A stretch of 35,122 nucleotides of DNA, taken from IMG/VR virus record IMGVR_UViG_2713896901_000010; one strand, 5' to 3'. This DNA comes from a virus (Duplodnaviria > Heunggongvirae > Uroviricota > Caudoviricetes). The position numbers and the translations under genes are program-made. This document shows positions 7,425 through 17,460 of the stretch, in pieces (within the stretch, counting starts at the first letter, position 1; the number at the start of each line of letters is the position of its first letter). The notes under the pieces were generated by a model. The model was not told the DNA's origin. It ran no database searches and saw only the letters and a list, made by a program, of their open reading frames with translations.

Positions 7425-10141
7425 TATTTAGATCCCCACGAAAAGTAATCTTTAAATTTGTCCATACGTTCGTTATGCAGGCGCTGATACTGCTCATCCA
7501 GAGCGCGATGCTTGTCTTTGAAGTTTCGTATAGCCTGTCCACGCATAATTTCTTCCTGCTCGTACTGCTCCCGTTCCTGCTGCATTTTCTTATAGGGTTC
7601 CCAATCTTCTAGTGATGGTTCCCAACGCATAGGACGCCCATGTTTGTTATAAAACGGCTGGACCCGATCGATGCCATTTTCATCCTTAGTTCTTACCATA
7701 ATGGCGTAATCACCATTACGGGGTGTTAACACGTCAGGGGTTATGAATAATTCTCCATTAATACGACTCTCAGGGGTTTTTGTCTCAACTACAGGAGCAT
7801 TACCTGACGTGATCCCAAGCAACGTCGGGCTGGTTGTTATAATCTCTTTGCGCTCACCGTACATCAGCCGTTCTTTTTCAGCTTTCCACTGCGCCGCCTG
7901 CCAGCCTGACGGCCCATATTGATAAAGCGCCTCCGGTGCATATTTCATAAACTGCGCTTCTCCGTTAACCTCGCTGATACTCCAGGTGCGGGCTATCTGC
8001 TGGTTGGTCATTTGCTTCGCTACGTCAGCGTTACCACCAGCAACGCGGTAGTTAATGTCATACAGCGTCTGATAGTCATTACGGAATCTAGCTGCTTCCG
8101 GCGTCTGGTCATCCGCAGACGGATCCCAACGGAACCACTGCGCCATATTGCTGACAGCAGAATTCATCGCCTTGCTGCGATCATTTTTGTACTCTTTTGA
8201 ACTCTGCGTTGATGCCAATTGAGCTTTAAGAGCATCGGTCTGGTTGTACGTAAGGTTCTGCGCCTGCTCGATAGCCGCATCAGCAGACATGCCAGAATCA
8301 GTTAGTTGCTTAACAGTCAGATAAAAACCCTGCATATCCTTCGGCATATTTCCAATAGATGCATTGTCTGTTTCATATAACCGACTAAACAGTTCCGCCG
8401 CATTTTTAACCACTTCCTGATTGCTGGATCGGGATACTGCTGAAAGCTGCGTGATGACCTGCGAAGGCATTATGCCAGTCTGAGCCACAAGCCGAACAAC
8501 CCCATCATGAGTGGAGGCATCATTAATACGAAAGTTCTGCGCCATTTCTGTGTAATCAGCAGCTTTCTGCATTGACTTGTTGCTTGGGTCTAATTTTTCA
8601 CCTATTGTCAGCGCCTCATTGAATCTGCGTGAATCCCGTTGCGCCTGAATTGCTTCATTTGATCTCTGAAGCAATGCAGACAATTTTCCGTAAGCATCGA
8701 GTTTTAACGCATAGTGAGGATCGTTAACCTCAGGCTTCACTTTCTGCATTTCTTCTTGCTGCTGAGAAGGAGGCAAATACTGAATTGCCTGGAATATTCT
8801 CGCGTTATCAATCGCTATATCCAGTTGATTGATTATTTTATCTGCGTTTTTTCCATACCCCCTGATGATGGTCTCCTGAGCCGGTATATAATCTGGAACC
8901 TCACCGTTATATAGCTGGGCCATGGTGTTATTAATAGCTGGCTCAAGCTGTTCTAATATTAACTTCCTTTGCTTTTCTATCTGACTATTAGCAAGGTTAT
9001 CTATTTGATAAATAGTCAGCGGATCCATTCCAGTTTTATTTTTTCTATATCGGGAAAGCCACCCTTGTGTTTCTGATGGAAGATTTCGGATAAATTCTTC
9101 TTCTGATATTTCACCTTTACGTGGATCACCGACTTTGGCGATCAGTTTATCCACGTTACCCATCCCCCAGTTATATGCTGCTCCGGTCAATATTTCGGAA
9201 CCGTACTTACCATACAGTTGATTTACATAGTCACTGGCGAGCATTTCATGCTGTTGTTCGTCCGTAGGGTTGTATTCAACGCCACGCTTGGCCGCCAGTT
9301 CTTTTCCTGTGCCCGGCATTAACTGGTATTTCCCCTGGGCTCTCTCTCCAGAAGATGTTATCGGTCCCTCAAGAAGACTACCATCAGGATTAAAATGTCG
9401 ATCACCTGATTCAACAAGGCGTATGGCACGCATGTCCATGCCTCCAGAATCATTTTTCTGAAACAGACCATTTAGCCATCCTTCTGGATTGGCAGCGGCA
9501 TAATTCTTCGCCCGCATTTCTGTGGCACTGCGATCATCACTTTCTATTTCTTCCAGAATGCGTTCTTGTGACCATCCCCTGGCAGCTCCATATCTGGCAA
9601 TGGCTACCATTCTGGAATTTCTGGCTAAAGTGGCAGTTTGCGGGTCATTCCAGGCATCCGCTTCATTTTGTATCCATAATTTTCTCGTTGCCTGATATTG
9701 CTCATCTTCATAGGCATTTGTCTGCCCTATCTCATGTCTGAGAACTCCAGTACTGAACTGAATTTTCTGTGTTCTGGCTTGTTGCAAAAACATATTTCTT
9801 GCAGCTTCATCAGTCAATGAAGCAGCTATTTCTTCCACATCCTGATCAAATCCAGATATGTACTCTTGCCCCTTACCAATCGCATTTTTGCCTTGTTGTG
9901 CATAAAAACCGGTTTGAGGGTTATAAAGACGTTCATTGCTGCGCTGATTAAGCTGAAGGATGGCATCCTGAGACAATGCAACATTCGCTTTCTGCCTGGC
10001 TTCACCATATGCCACCGCATACTGATCTGCGACATTCGCCAGCACCTGACCTGCTTGAGGAACATCGAAGGTCTGAAAACCACCGGTTTGCACACCACGA
10101 CTTTGCACCTGGCGTCCGGATGTAGTAGGAACAACAGGCAT
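7424..10141 (-). CDS. internal virion protein with soluble lytic transglycosylase (SLT) domain (905 aa)
   Basis: Residues ~235-330: LVESGDRHF...SSGERAQGKYQLMPGTGKE...AAYNWGMGNV match the SLT E-S...S-x-GA-x-G-LMQ...AYNAG signature. Confidence 0.8.
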   Translation of the reverse strand: MPVVPTTSGRQVQSRGVQTGGFQTFDVPQAGQVLANVADQYAVAYGEARQKANVALSQDAILQLNQRSNERLYNPQTGFYAQQGKNAIGKGQEYISGFDQDVEEIAASLTDEAARNMFLQQARTQKIQFSTGVLRHEIGQTNAYEDEQYQATRKLWIQNEADAWNDPQTATLARNSRMVAIARYGAARGWSQERILEEIESDDRSATEMRAKNYAAANPEGWLNGLFQKNDSGGMDMRAIRLVESGDRHFNPDGSLLEGPITSSGERAQGKYQLMPGTGKELAAKRGVEYNPTDEQQHEMLASDYVNQLYGKYGSEILTGAAYNWGMGNVDKLIAKVGDPRKGEISEEEFIRNLPSETQGWLSRYRKNKTGMDPLTIYQIDNLANSQIEKQRKLILEQLEPAINNTMAQLYNGEVPDYIPAQETIIRGYGKNADKIINQLDIAIDNARIFQAIQYLPPSQQQEEMQKVKPEVNDPHYALKLDAYGKLSALLQRSNEAIQAQRDSRRFNEALTIGEKLDPSNKSMQKAADYTEMAQNFRINDASTHDGVVRLVAQTGIMPSQVITQLSAVSRSSNQEVVKNAAELFSRLYETDNASIGNMPKDMQGFYLTVKQLTDSGMSADAAIEQAQNLTYNQTDALKAQLASTQSSKEYKNDRSKAMNSAVSNMAQWFRWDPSADDQTPEAARFRNDYQTLYDINYRVAGGNADVAKQMTNQQIARTWSISEVNGEAQFMKYAPEALYQYGPSGWQAAQWKAEKERLMYGERKEIITTSPTLLGITSGNAPVVETKTPESRINGELFITPDVLTPRNGDYAIMVRTKDENGIDRVQPFYNKHGRPMRWEPSLEDWEPYKKMQQEREQYEQEEIMRGQAIRNFKDKHRALDEQYQRLHNERMDKFKDYFSWGSK

Positions 10142-10716
10142 CAGTAACCTCCTATTTTGAATCGGGAGTCAGAATTCATAAAACCTGAGTTAGATAACAT
10201 TGGCGTCCCACCACTAGATGTACTTCCTTTAGAGAACGGACTCCACGTCCCACCAAACATCTGGTACGCACCGTATGCCTTCAGAGGCGCAGTGAGCAAT
10301 GTTGTTGCTGCTCCCACATTCCCCTGTTTACGGGCTGAACTGGCTTCTGCTTTATAGTTGGCAGCCTGAACCTGATAACCGTAAGCCTCGCGTTGCGCGT
10401 TATTCACCGTCGTCAGCGCATCAAGAGCGCCAAACTGGGCAGTGTCGCCAAATATATCCAGCGCGTTACCTGTAGATAAATCGGCGCCGGTCGCCCCCAT
10501 TGTCGCCGCCTGTGTACCAAGCCGCTGTCGGATCTCTCTGCGCCGTTGCTCAGCTTCAGCGTTACCTCTGTTTATTGCATCATTTGCCTGAGCTGTGGCT
10601 ATATCTGCGTTCGCTTCTGCAACCTTCGAGGCATACTTTCCCTGTTGGTACTGGATGTATGCCTGAATGCCACTCATGGCGAGCATTGCGCCACCAGCAA
10701 TAACCGGATCGCACAT
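10141..10716 (-). CDS. internal virion protein (191 aa, T7 gp14-size)
   Basis: Position and size within the gp13-gp16-like series; Ala/Gln-rich. Confidence 0.55.
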   Translation of the reverse strand: MCDPVIAGGAMLAMSGIQAYIQYQQGKYASKVAEANADIATAQANDAINRGNAEAEQRRREIRQRLGTQAATMGATGADLSTGNALDIFGDTAQFGALDALTTVNNAQREAYGYQVQAANYKAEASSARKQGNVGAATTLLTAPLKAYGAYQMFGGTWSPFSKGSTSSGGTPMLSNSGFMNSDSRFKIGGY

Positions 10717-11180
10717 TATTTTCTCTCCATGTGAAATCTGTGGAAATTAAGACCAAGAGCACCATAAGGCGCGGCTTCTTCAAGCCTGAATCCAAGCCAG
10801 TGCAGCCATGCTTTGGCAACATGGTTTCGCTCGTCGACGTAGTTTTCCAGGCGCGGATAAACTGCCAGCATCTGCTGCAATACAGGGCGGCAGTGGCGAA
10901 GAAATGTCTTCTGATATTTTTCAATACGGCTGGTTCCGACCAGCCAGGGCGTACCATTGCCACCGATCATTGACGCCGGAGATACACCAAACATGGTTAC
11001 CAGTTCTCCGTTCGCGAACCCTGACCAGGCCATAGTCGCAGTGCGAAGACCAACACGCAGCGCATCTTCGGTAGTCATCAGTGATACCGCATACAGTTCG
11101 TCAATATCAGCCTGACGAACATCCGGCAAAATCATCTGAAGATGCTCTTCGGTAGCGGGAATAATTTGAACGTCGATCAT
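10716..11180 (-). CDS. internal virion protein (154 aa, T7 gp13-size)
   Basis: Start/stop overlap with neighbours; position immediately after the nozzle gene. Confidence 0.5.
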   Translation of the reverse strand: MIDVQIIPATEEHLQMILPDVRQADIDELYAVSLMTTEDALRVGLRTATMAWSGFANGELVTMFGVSPASMIGGNGTPWLVGTSRIEKYQKTFLRHCRPVLQQMLAVYPRLENYVDERNHVAKAWLHWLGFRLEEAAPYGALGLNFHRFHMERK

Positions 11181-13651
11181 CAGAATCCCCCAACAGTAAG
11201 GCGAGGAATAACGGCAAGAACAGACAGAGGCAACGGGTCAAGCTGACGGATTCTTACGCGTCCGTTTTTACCCCAGTTACTGTCCAGTTTCACTTCTACT
11301 TTTCCGGTAGCGTCATCAACAGGATCATCGTAGAACTCGAATTCACGCTGTGGATATTCGTACCATTTACCGCCGGGCGTAGTCGCCCAGATGCCGCGAC
11401 TGGCATTCACAACCAGAGTAACGGAGGGGATCACCTGTTTTTTGTCCAGCAGCGTTTCCTGTCCGTTAATGTTGATATCCAGTGTTTCGAATTCAGCAGT
11501 TATTGGCAGGCCGATGTGCACTACAGCCCCCGGAGATTCCAGCGTGACGGCACCTCCGGAAACCACTTTCTGTGGTTCCACGTTCGCATCAGAGAGAATG
11601 TTTACGGTCTGGCCTTCAAGATGAGACAGGCCTCCAAATGTCCGGCGCGCCATCTGCCAGTTCGTGGTGGCCACATTCCTGAGGGATGGCGGGACGTTCC
11701 TGTTAGCACGAACCACTACAGCGGTATTGCTGGTTACAGAAATAATGTCGCAACGTAATTCTTTTGACACCTCATCGCCAGTATCAGGATCAGTTCCGGT
11801 ATAAGGGAACTGTAGTTGCGCGCCGACATCACTACTGGTGAAGTACGCACCACCAGAAACACTGATTGTATATTCCGCGCGGTAATCCCATTCGCCAGAA
11901 CCACCAGTGATGATCATCGTTCTGTCAGACGTATTTCTTCCATCATAGCTAAGGCCAGAATCAACAAAGAAAGCATCTTCATCGCTGGTAAATAAACGGC
12001 TGGACAGTCGCTCGATGTATCTCACTGTTTGCCCGTTAACGGTTCGGTTAACGACGAAATACACCGCATCTTCATTGCCTTCGCTGATACTGCATGTGCT
12101 TTCATATTTTCCGGTACTGGATTGTGGTGCCCATGCAAAAACCTGCTGATCACGCAAATAGGTCATCACCAGTAATTTACCGTCATCACGAATGCAGAAG
12201 GCGCTGGAGTAAGGGACAATCGAGAAGCACCAGTCAACAATGCTGTGCTTCTGAAAAAGATGATTAGCAAGGATGGTCAGGTCGTTCCCCTGATAGCCGT
12301 CAACATCGAATGAGTAGGCCAGATCACGGACAACGCTGCCTTTCTCCTGGACGAACAGAGCAATATTCGCCACAGCAATTGGTGGGACGTTGCTTGAGCC
12401 ATTTGATCCCTGAGAGCTGAATGCAAATGATGATGGGGTTAACACTTTGTTCTGGTCGCCGGTGATGACGTACTCACCTCCGGAAGTCAGCGCCACCAGC
12501 GAACCAACATCAATCAGGTGGCGGATCTCATTAACCTGACGCCCGGCATAGGTGTAGATAATTCTGTCGTCATCCTGCGTAGGATTGCTTTTGCCAAAAT
12601 CCTTATAATCCCCGGTACGGCTGGCCCAGATAGTCTGAGGGAACGCAGTCGATGCGGCGAAGTAAAGACGTTGTTGATAATAAACAACAGTGCCAGGATA
12701 ACCATTAACACTGTTCCAGGCATATTTAGCCCATTTATAGCTGGCATTATCCTCGCCAACTACCTGCGAAGGGATATAGGAAATCACCTCGGCAGTTGCA
12801 GTAGTTCCATTTGCAGCAGTGATACGGGCAATGCCAAAACCACTGTGCAGATATTCCCACTCAATGCCAGTATCATCATCACCGGATCCACCCCAGCCAT
12901 CCCATGATGTGCCTTCTGTATGCGAAGGGCGCAAAGTACCTGTTTTGCCTGCTGTAACGGCGCGATAGTAGTTACTGTCTGCACGGCGAATATCGCCAAT
13001 CGACGTACTCTTACTGGTTTCCCATACCGGCACCGAATCCACTGCAGGCTGTTCCAGATAGAACAATTTGCCTACCTGCTCCGCGCCAAAAATAGAGGCG
13101 CTTGCCGTTAACGTAATTGTCCCGGTGCTGGCGCTGGCATAAACCGTCACTGACTCGTCAATATTGATATCTTCAAATGGCCCGTTCTTCGTTACCACAT
13201 CAACCAGTTGCCAGTTGTCATGCGCATAGCGGCGCAACTCTTTCGGCGGGTATGAAGGGTGAACCAGCGTAAGCACGTCGGCGCTTTGCGTGAATTTAAT
13301 TCGGAACAGATCGGCTTCAGTATATGGCGTGGCAATTTCATAAATAACATTGCTGCTGTTCAGCACCAATGCACCATCTTTGATAACGCGCATGTACTGG
13401 TGCCCGAACTCCAGAGCATAGGTCTGAACCGTCGAGAACTGGAACGGGATCAGGCGGCATTTCCGATTTGGGTATTTGGCGGCACCGACAAAACGCGTAC
13501 CAGGTCGATTCTCAACGCCGCCATACTGCCGCACGATAAAGTTATCGCACTTGCGCAATGCCACCTGGTACTTCGCCATGTCGATACGACCGTACAACGA
13601 CGGTCCAATCTCACCACCGGCAAAGCTGGGCTGGATCCAACTGATAGCCAT
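11180..13651 (-). CDS. tail tubular protein B / nozzle-like (823 aa)
   Basis: Immediately follows the tubular-A-like gene with overlapping stop/start; size close to T7 gp12 (794 aa). Confidence 0.65.
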   Translation of the reverse strand: MAISWIQPSFAGGEIGPSLYGRIDMAKYQVALRKCDNFIVRQYGGVENRPGTRFVGAAKYPNRKCRLIPFQFSTVQTYALEFGHQYMRVIKDGALVLNSSNVIYEIATPYTEADLFRIKFTQSADVLTLVHPSYPPKELRRYAHDNWQLVDVVTKNGPFEDINIDESVTVYASASTGTITLTASASIFGAEQVGKLFYLEQPAVDSVPVWETSKSTSIGDIRRADSNYYRAVTAGKTGTLRPSHTEGTSWDGWGGSGDDDTGIEWEYLHSGFGIARITAANGTTATAEVISYIPSQVVGEDNASYKWAKYAWNSVNGYPGTVVYYQQRLYFAASTAFPQTIWASRTGDYKDFGKSNPTQDDDRIIYTYAGRQVNEIRHLIDVGSLVALTSGGEYVITGDQNKVLTPSSFAFSSQGSNGSSNVPPIAVANIALFVQEKGSVVRDLAYSFDVDGYQGNDLTILANHLFQKHSIVDWCFSIVPYSSAFCIRDDGKLLVMTYLRDQQVFAWAPQSSTGKYESTCSISEGNEDAVYFVVNRTVNGQTVRYIERLSSRLFTSDEDAFFVDSGLSYDGRNTSDRTMIITGGSGEWDYRAEYTISVSGGAYFTSSDVGAQLQFPYTGTDPDTGDEVSKELRCDIISVTSNTAVVVRANRNVPPSLRNVATTNWQMARRTFGGLSHLEGQTVNILSDANVEPQKVVSGGAVTLESPGAVVHIGLPITAEFETLDININGQETLLDKKQVIPSVTLVVNASRGIWATTPGGKWYEYPQREFEFYDDPVDDATGKVEVKLDSNWGKNGRVRIRQLDPLPLSVLAVIPRLTVGGF

Positions 13652-14259
13652 CAGGACAACCTCGCAATGGTAAACTCGTCAACCGGTGGCTGTGGTTCCT
13701 GTGATTCATTCTGGCTATGCGAGCCAGCACTAAGAATCACGCGATTGTACATATTGAGGGCAAACGTACCGAGGTCTGCATTCCCAGTCAGCGCCATGTT
13801 AATAGCTGCCGCAAGACGCCAGGCCAACGCCTCCATAAAAATGGCATCAAACATGTTCACATCTGAAACGCGAGATACATACTTGAGCCATGCCTGCGGC
13901 TGGTCTGTGTAGATCAACTTTCCTGTTCCGTTGGTGTCTGCACCAACTTCGTACTGAACGCGCATTGCTGCTGTTGGATTGCGTACACCAGGAAGCATAA
14001 TTTCAGTAATGCGCAGACAATCTGACGGGTACTGGTACGCATATTCCCAGTCAGGCGGTGGATTGTTCGTATCTGCAAGCGCCACGCGTTTGGTAGCAAA
14101 GTTCCAGTCAAAATCAGAAAGCACAGCATCACGGCAGGCCTCAAAGTGCAGCGAACATTCCCCCGCTTCCTTGCTGGCTTCCGTCAGGCTGTTAATGCTG
14201 CGGCTGTTGCCAATATTGGACAGTGCACGATTACAGATCTCTACTACAGAGGCCATCAC
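13651..14259 (-). CDS. tail tubular protein A / adaptor-like (202 aa)
   Basis: N-terminus ICNRALSNIG...SINSLTE...DWNF follows the T7 gp11 pattern (VNDILASIGEPPVSTLE...GWTFN); size matches gp11 (196 aa). Confidence 0.7.
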   Translation of the reverse strand: MMASVVEICNRALSNIGNSRSINSLTEASKEAGECSLHFEACRDAVLSDFDWNFATKRVALADTNNPPPDWEYAYQYPSDCLRITEIMLPGVRNPTAAMRVQYEVGADTNGTGKLIYTDQPQAWLKYVSRVSDVNMFDAIFMEALAWRLAAAINMALTGNADLGTFALNMYNRVILSAGSHSQNESQEPQPPVDEFTIARLS

Positions 14260-14585
14260 TCCCCCCCGTTACCGTAGAGGGTTTCAGCCGCTGATTTTTC
14301 TACATCACCGGAAACAGGAGCGATTGCCATATCAGTGATCTGCAGATCGGCGCTGCGATTAACACCATCGTCAGTTTCTCTGGCAGACAGGCCTCGAATA
14401 ACAGCCTTTGCAGTTATCATCACTTCTGTTCCGACGCCCTGAGGTTGCGCCTTCAGCTTATTCAATGTGTCGTTATTAAGAGTGATGCACAGCCCCCACG
14501 GGTATTCATCGCGAGTTCTGGTTTCTCCGCTCTCATCCTGGTAGCTGTCAGTGCCGGTTTTGAGGTTTACGAGTTCCATATACAC
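14256..14585 (-). CDS. hypothetical virion-module protein (109 aa)
   Basis: AGGAG RBS after an intercistronic hairpin; 4-bp overlap with downstream gene. Confidence 0.45.
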   Translation of the reverse strand: MYMELVNLKTGTDSYQDESGETRTRDEYPWGLCITLNNDTLNKLKAQPQGVGTEVMITAKAVIRGLSARETDDGVNRSADLQITDMAIAPVSGDVEKSAAETLYGNGGE

Positions 14586-14629
14586 TCCTGCAATAAAGGG
14601 GCCGAAGCCCCTTGTCGGATTCGCGAGGC

Positions 14630-14974
14630 TTACACGCCCAGTTCTTTACGCTTATCTGCGATCTTCTCGCGGAGCGTTTCGGCTTTAGCGTTATGGTGTG
14701 GCTTCTCGTTAAAGAGCAATTCGTACTCTTCACGGAGCTTATCCAGTTCACCATCATCTGACACATCGTTGATGATTTTGGTGCTGGTTGCTGCCATAGA
14801 CACCTTTCCTGCTACCTTTGCTTTTGCCTGTCTGGCTGCATCGTTAACAGGTTCCAGTGCGCTACCAGGCTCACCTTTGTATTCGATTTCTGCCCCCTCC
14901 GGCCACAGTGTGTTATGGATATGAGAGAGGCGCAGAACGCGGTATCTTGGTTTCTCACCTGACATCGATATCAC
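14630..14974 (-). CDS. hypothetical virion-module protein (114 aa)
   Basis: In-operon ORF between capsid and tail genes. Confidence 0.45.
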   Translation of the reverse strand: MISMSGEKPRYRVLRLSHIHNTLWPEGAEIEYKGEPGSALEPVNDAARQAKAKVAGKVSMAATSTKIINDVSDDGELDKLREEYELLFNEKPHHNAKAETLREKIADKRKELGV

Positions 14975-14975
14975 C

Positions 14976-15413
14976 TTAACCAGTTACTTTTGAGCGGATC
15001 GGGTACGGCGTATTGGCATCAACATCCAGACTGATACCCGCAGTGAATTTGCCGGCCGTTAGTGGGCCAGTTGCGACGGAGTAGTTAACACGCAGATATC
15101 GCTGAACACCGGCTGGCACCTTTGCAGAAACAACTCGCTTACCTACTGTCAGGGTGGCCTTTGCCAACGCACCACTATCATAAATAGTGGTCCAAGAGCT
15201 GTTATTCTCACTCGTCTGCAACTGGATGTTTACAGTTGCCTCACCACTTGCCGTGGCAGCTTCGTTAACCAGCGTCCAAAACTCAAGCGGGTAACCCACG
15301 CCAATATCGCGACGGTTTCCATCAATTGGACCGAGATCGATTACGTCAGTAGAAGCCGCGGTATCAGTTACCGCCTGTGCTTCGGAGAACATCAACAGTT
15401 TGTCGGTGATCAT
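14976..15413 (-). CDS. hypothetical head-associated protein (145 aa)
   Basis: GGAG RBS 8 nt upstream of ATG 15413, directly after the capsid gene and a hairpin. Confidence 0.5.
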   Translation of the reverse strand: MITDKLLMFSEAQAVTDTAASTDVIDLGPIDGNRRDIGVGYPLEFWTLVNEAATASGEATVNIQLQTSENNSSWTTIYDSGALAKATLTVGKRVVSAKVPAGVQRYLRVNYSVATGPLTAGKFTAGISLDVDANTPYPIRSKVTG

Positions 15414-15464
15414 CTTCTTTCTCCATTAGTGGGTCTGTTACGACCCACAGGTTAATAACAGGCG

Positions 15465-16451
15465 TTACACCACGCGGGCTTCTGTTTCCAGAAGCGCATC
15501 AGTTTCACGGATTGGTACACCACGGAATGACGTCCACCACTCGCCTTCAGTCTCTTTTACGCTAATCGCCAGAGATGTTTTCTCCAGAGACTGCAAATCA
15601 AGAGCCTGGCCTACAGTGCGGTTCATGTAGAACACCGGGCGACCCATGCCACGATTTGGAATGCGATGCAGTGCTTTAACCATCAACTTCGCAATATTTG
15701 CGGCAGAGGAAGGTTCTGAAAGATTGCTGACATCGATGTTTGCAATGCGAACAACATAACGCCAGTCACGCAGAGCAAGTCCGTTATCCCATTTGTAATG
15801 GGTGCGATAACCTTCGTACTTGCCGCCATTAGCATCTTCCAGTGTCACCTGGCCTTTATCTTCCATCTGGATGCCAGCCTTCTGCCCTTTAGGGAAGATG
15901 CCATGCACGGTGTTTTCTCCCCACACCACTAACCAGATTGAGGTGTTATCTGTACCCGTGCCACCAGCATCAATGATGTTCTGAGCATTACCCGCAGACA
16001 GGCTGGAATAGCGGGAGGACAGTCCCATAAACTGCTGAGGGTTAACGCTGGAATCACCATAAAACAGCGTCTGCGCCATCTGCTGATTCATCGCTTCAAT
16101 AAATGCGCGGTCTTCAGACAGGCGGAATTCGGCGGTATTACCGTTCAGATCAGCCAGTGACTTATCGACTTCAGCATAGGTTTCCAGCATGCCAACGGAG
16201 TCGGTGACCTGCACTGTGGTTGATTTGCTTGGCTGTACGCCATAGTTCAGCAAACGCCAGGTAGCTGAAGGTAAACCAGAACGAATGGTGGTTCGGTGTC
16301 CGGTAGGAAGGTTCCCTTCGACAAAAGGCATATCCTGAAGGATCGGGTTAGTTTGACCGAGAAGCTCGATAATCTTATCGACTTTCCCGTTTGGATCGAC
16401 GCGCTTACCCCAGTCAGCCAGCGTTAGCGCAGTTAAGCCTTTAACAGCCAT
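15465..16451 (-). CDS. major capsid protein (328 aa)
   Basis: Position after the scaffold gene; size typical of podovirus major capsid proteins. Confidence 0.75.
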   Translation of the reverse strand: MAVKGLTALTLADWGKRVDPNGKVDKIIELLGQTNPILQDMPFVEGNLPTGHRTTIRSGLPSATWRLLNYGVQPSKSTTVQVTDSVGMLETYAEVDKSLADLNGNTAEFRLSEDRAFIEAMNQQMAQTLFYGDSSVNPQQFMGLSSRYSSLSAGNAQNIIDAGGTGTDNTSIWLVVWGENTVHGIFPKGQKAGIQMEDKGQVTLEDANGGKYEGYRTHYKWDNGLALRDWRYVVRIANIDVSNLSEPSSAANIAKLMVKALHRIPNRGMGRPVFYMNRTVGQALDLQSLEKTSLAISVKETEGEWWTSFRGVPIRETDALLETEARVV

Positions 16452-16465
16452 TGTTATTTCCTCTC

Positions 16466-17167
16466 TTATTTGCCATAGAGCACTTCGGCCGCACTACGCT
16501 GGCCTTCATTACCACCGGTGACCATGCCATCTTCAGACATCGCCTTTCCGATTTTCACGAACGTTTTGACCAGATCAGGGTGATTACCCAGTCCGGTTGT
16601 GTTCAGATATTCTTTGAGTTCAGGTGTCCCGAACTGGTCAAGCGCACGCTGTGCGGCGCTAAGGTTAGAAATCAACTTGTCGCCACCGATTTCTTTGTCA
16701 GCTTTTACATCAGCAGCCCACTGCTCGGTCGTTTTCTGCCAGGCTTCTGCCTGACGCTGCTGCACACCTGCCAGAATCTTCGGATAAGCATCAACCAGCT
16801 TTTGCGCTTGCTCGTTGGTCAGGTTAAGTTCTCGCGCTACCGGCTCGAATTCCTTCAACGCTTCTGTATCCAGCTCTACGCCTTCGGCAGCATGAAATTC
16901 GTACTTCTCCGGCGCACCATCTGGTTTATCGCCGTCCTTTTTTTCATCCTGCTTATCGTTTTCAGGCTTTTTGTCATCAGCAGGTTTATCGCCATCAGCA
17001 ACAGGTTGTGGCTTATCACCTTCCTGTTGTGATGGATCACCAACTGGGGCAGGGTTATCACCTGCAGGCGCTGACGGTTCTGACGCAGCCGGAGCTGCTC
17101 CACCATCGACTTGTTGCTCATTGCAAAGACGGCGATACAGCAAACGCTCAAATAAACTCATGATCAC
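16466..17167 (-). CDS. scaffolding protein (233 aa)
   Basis: Acidic low-complexity stretch DKPADDKKPENDKQDEKKDGDKPD; located between portal and capsid genes. Confidence 0.6.
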   Translation of the reverse strand: MIMSLFERLLYRRLCNEQQVDGGAAPAASEPSAPAGDNPAPVGDPSQQEGDKPQPVADGDKPADDKKPENDKQDEKKDGDKPDGAPEKYEFHAAEGVELDTEALKEFEPVARELNLTNEQAQKLVDAYPKILAGVQQRQAEAWQKTTEQWAADVKADKEIGGDKLISNLSAAQRALDQFGTPELKEYLNTTGLGNHPDLVKTFVKIGKAMSEDGMVTGGNEGQRSAAEVLYGK

Positions 17168-17460
17168 TCCTGTTCACTGGCCTCTTTGGCCATCTTCAAA
17201 TACTGTTCAGGGCAATGCGCCATAACGCGCTGAAACAGTTCCAGCGCCAGATTGCGTTGCCCCTCATTAAATGCCATTGCCATAGCGTCCATCGGTGAGA
17301 TAGCGGAAAACACACGGCCTTTCTCCAGCACCGACCAGACAACGCGACGCCCCTGTTCACTGCTCATGACAAAGCGAATGTCATCAATTTCACGCTGTGC
17401 CATGTCACGTTGCTTACGGGCGTTTTCTTCTTTCAGTTGATCGTCTTCGTAATCTGTCAT
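17164..17460 (-). CDS. hypothetical protein (98 aa)
   Basis: ATGA-type overlaps with portal stop and scaffold start. Confidence 0.45.
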   Translation of the reverse strand: MTDYEDDQLKEENARKQRDMAQREIDDIRFVMSSEQGRRVVWSVLEKGRVFSAISPMDAMAMAFNEGQRNLALELFQRVMAHCPEQYLKMAKEASEQE

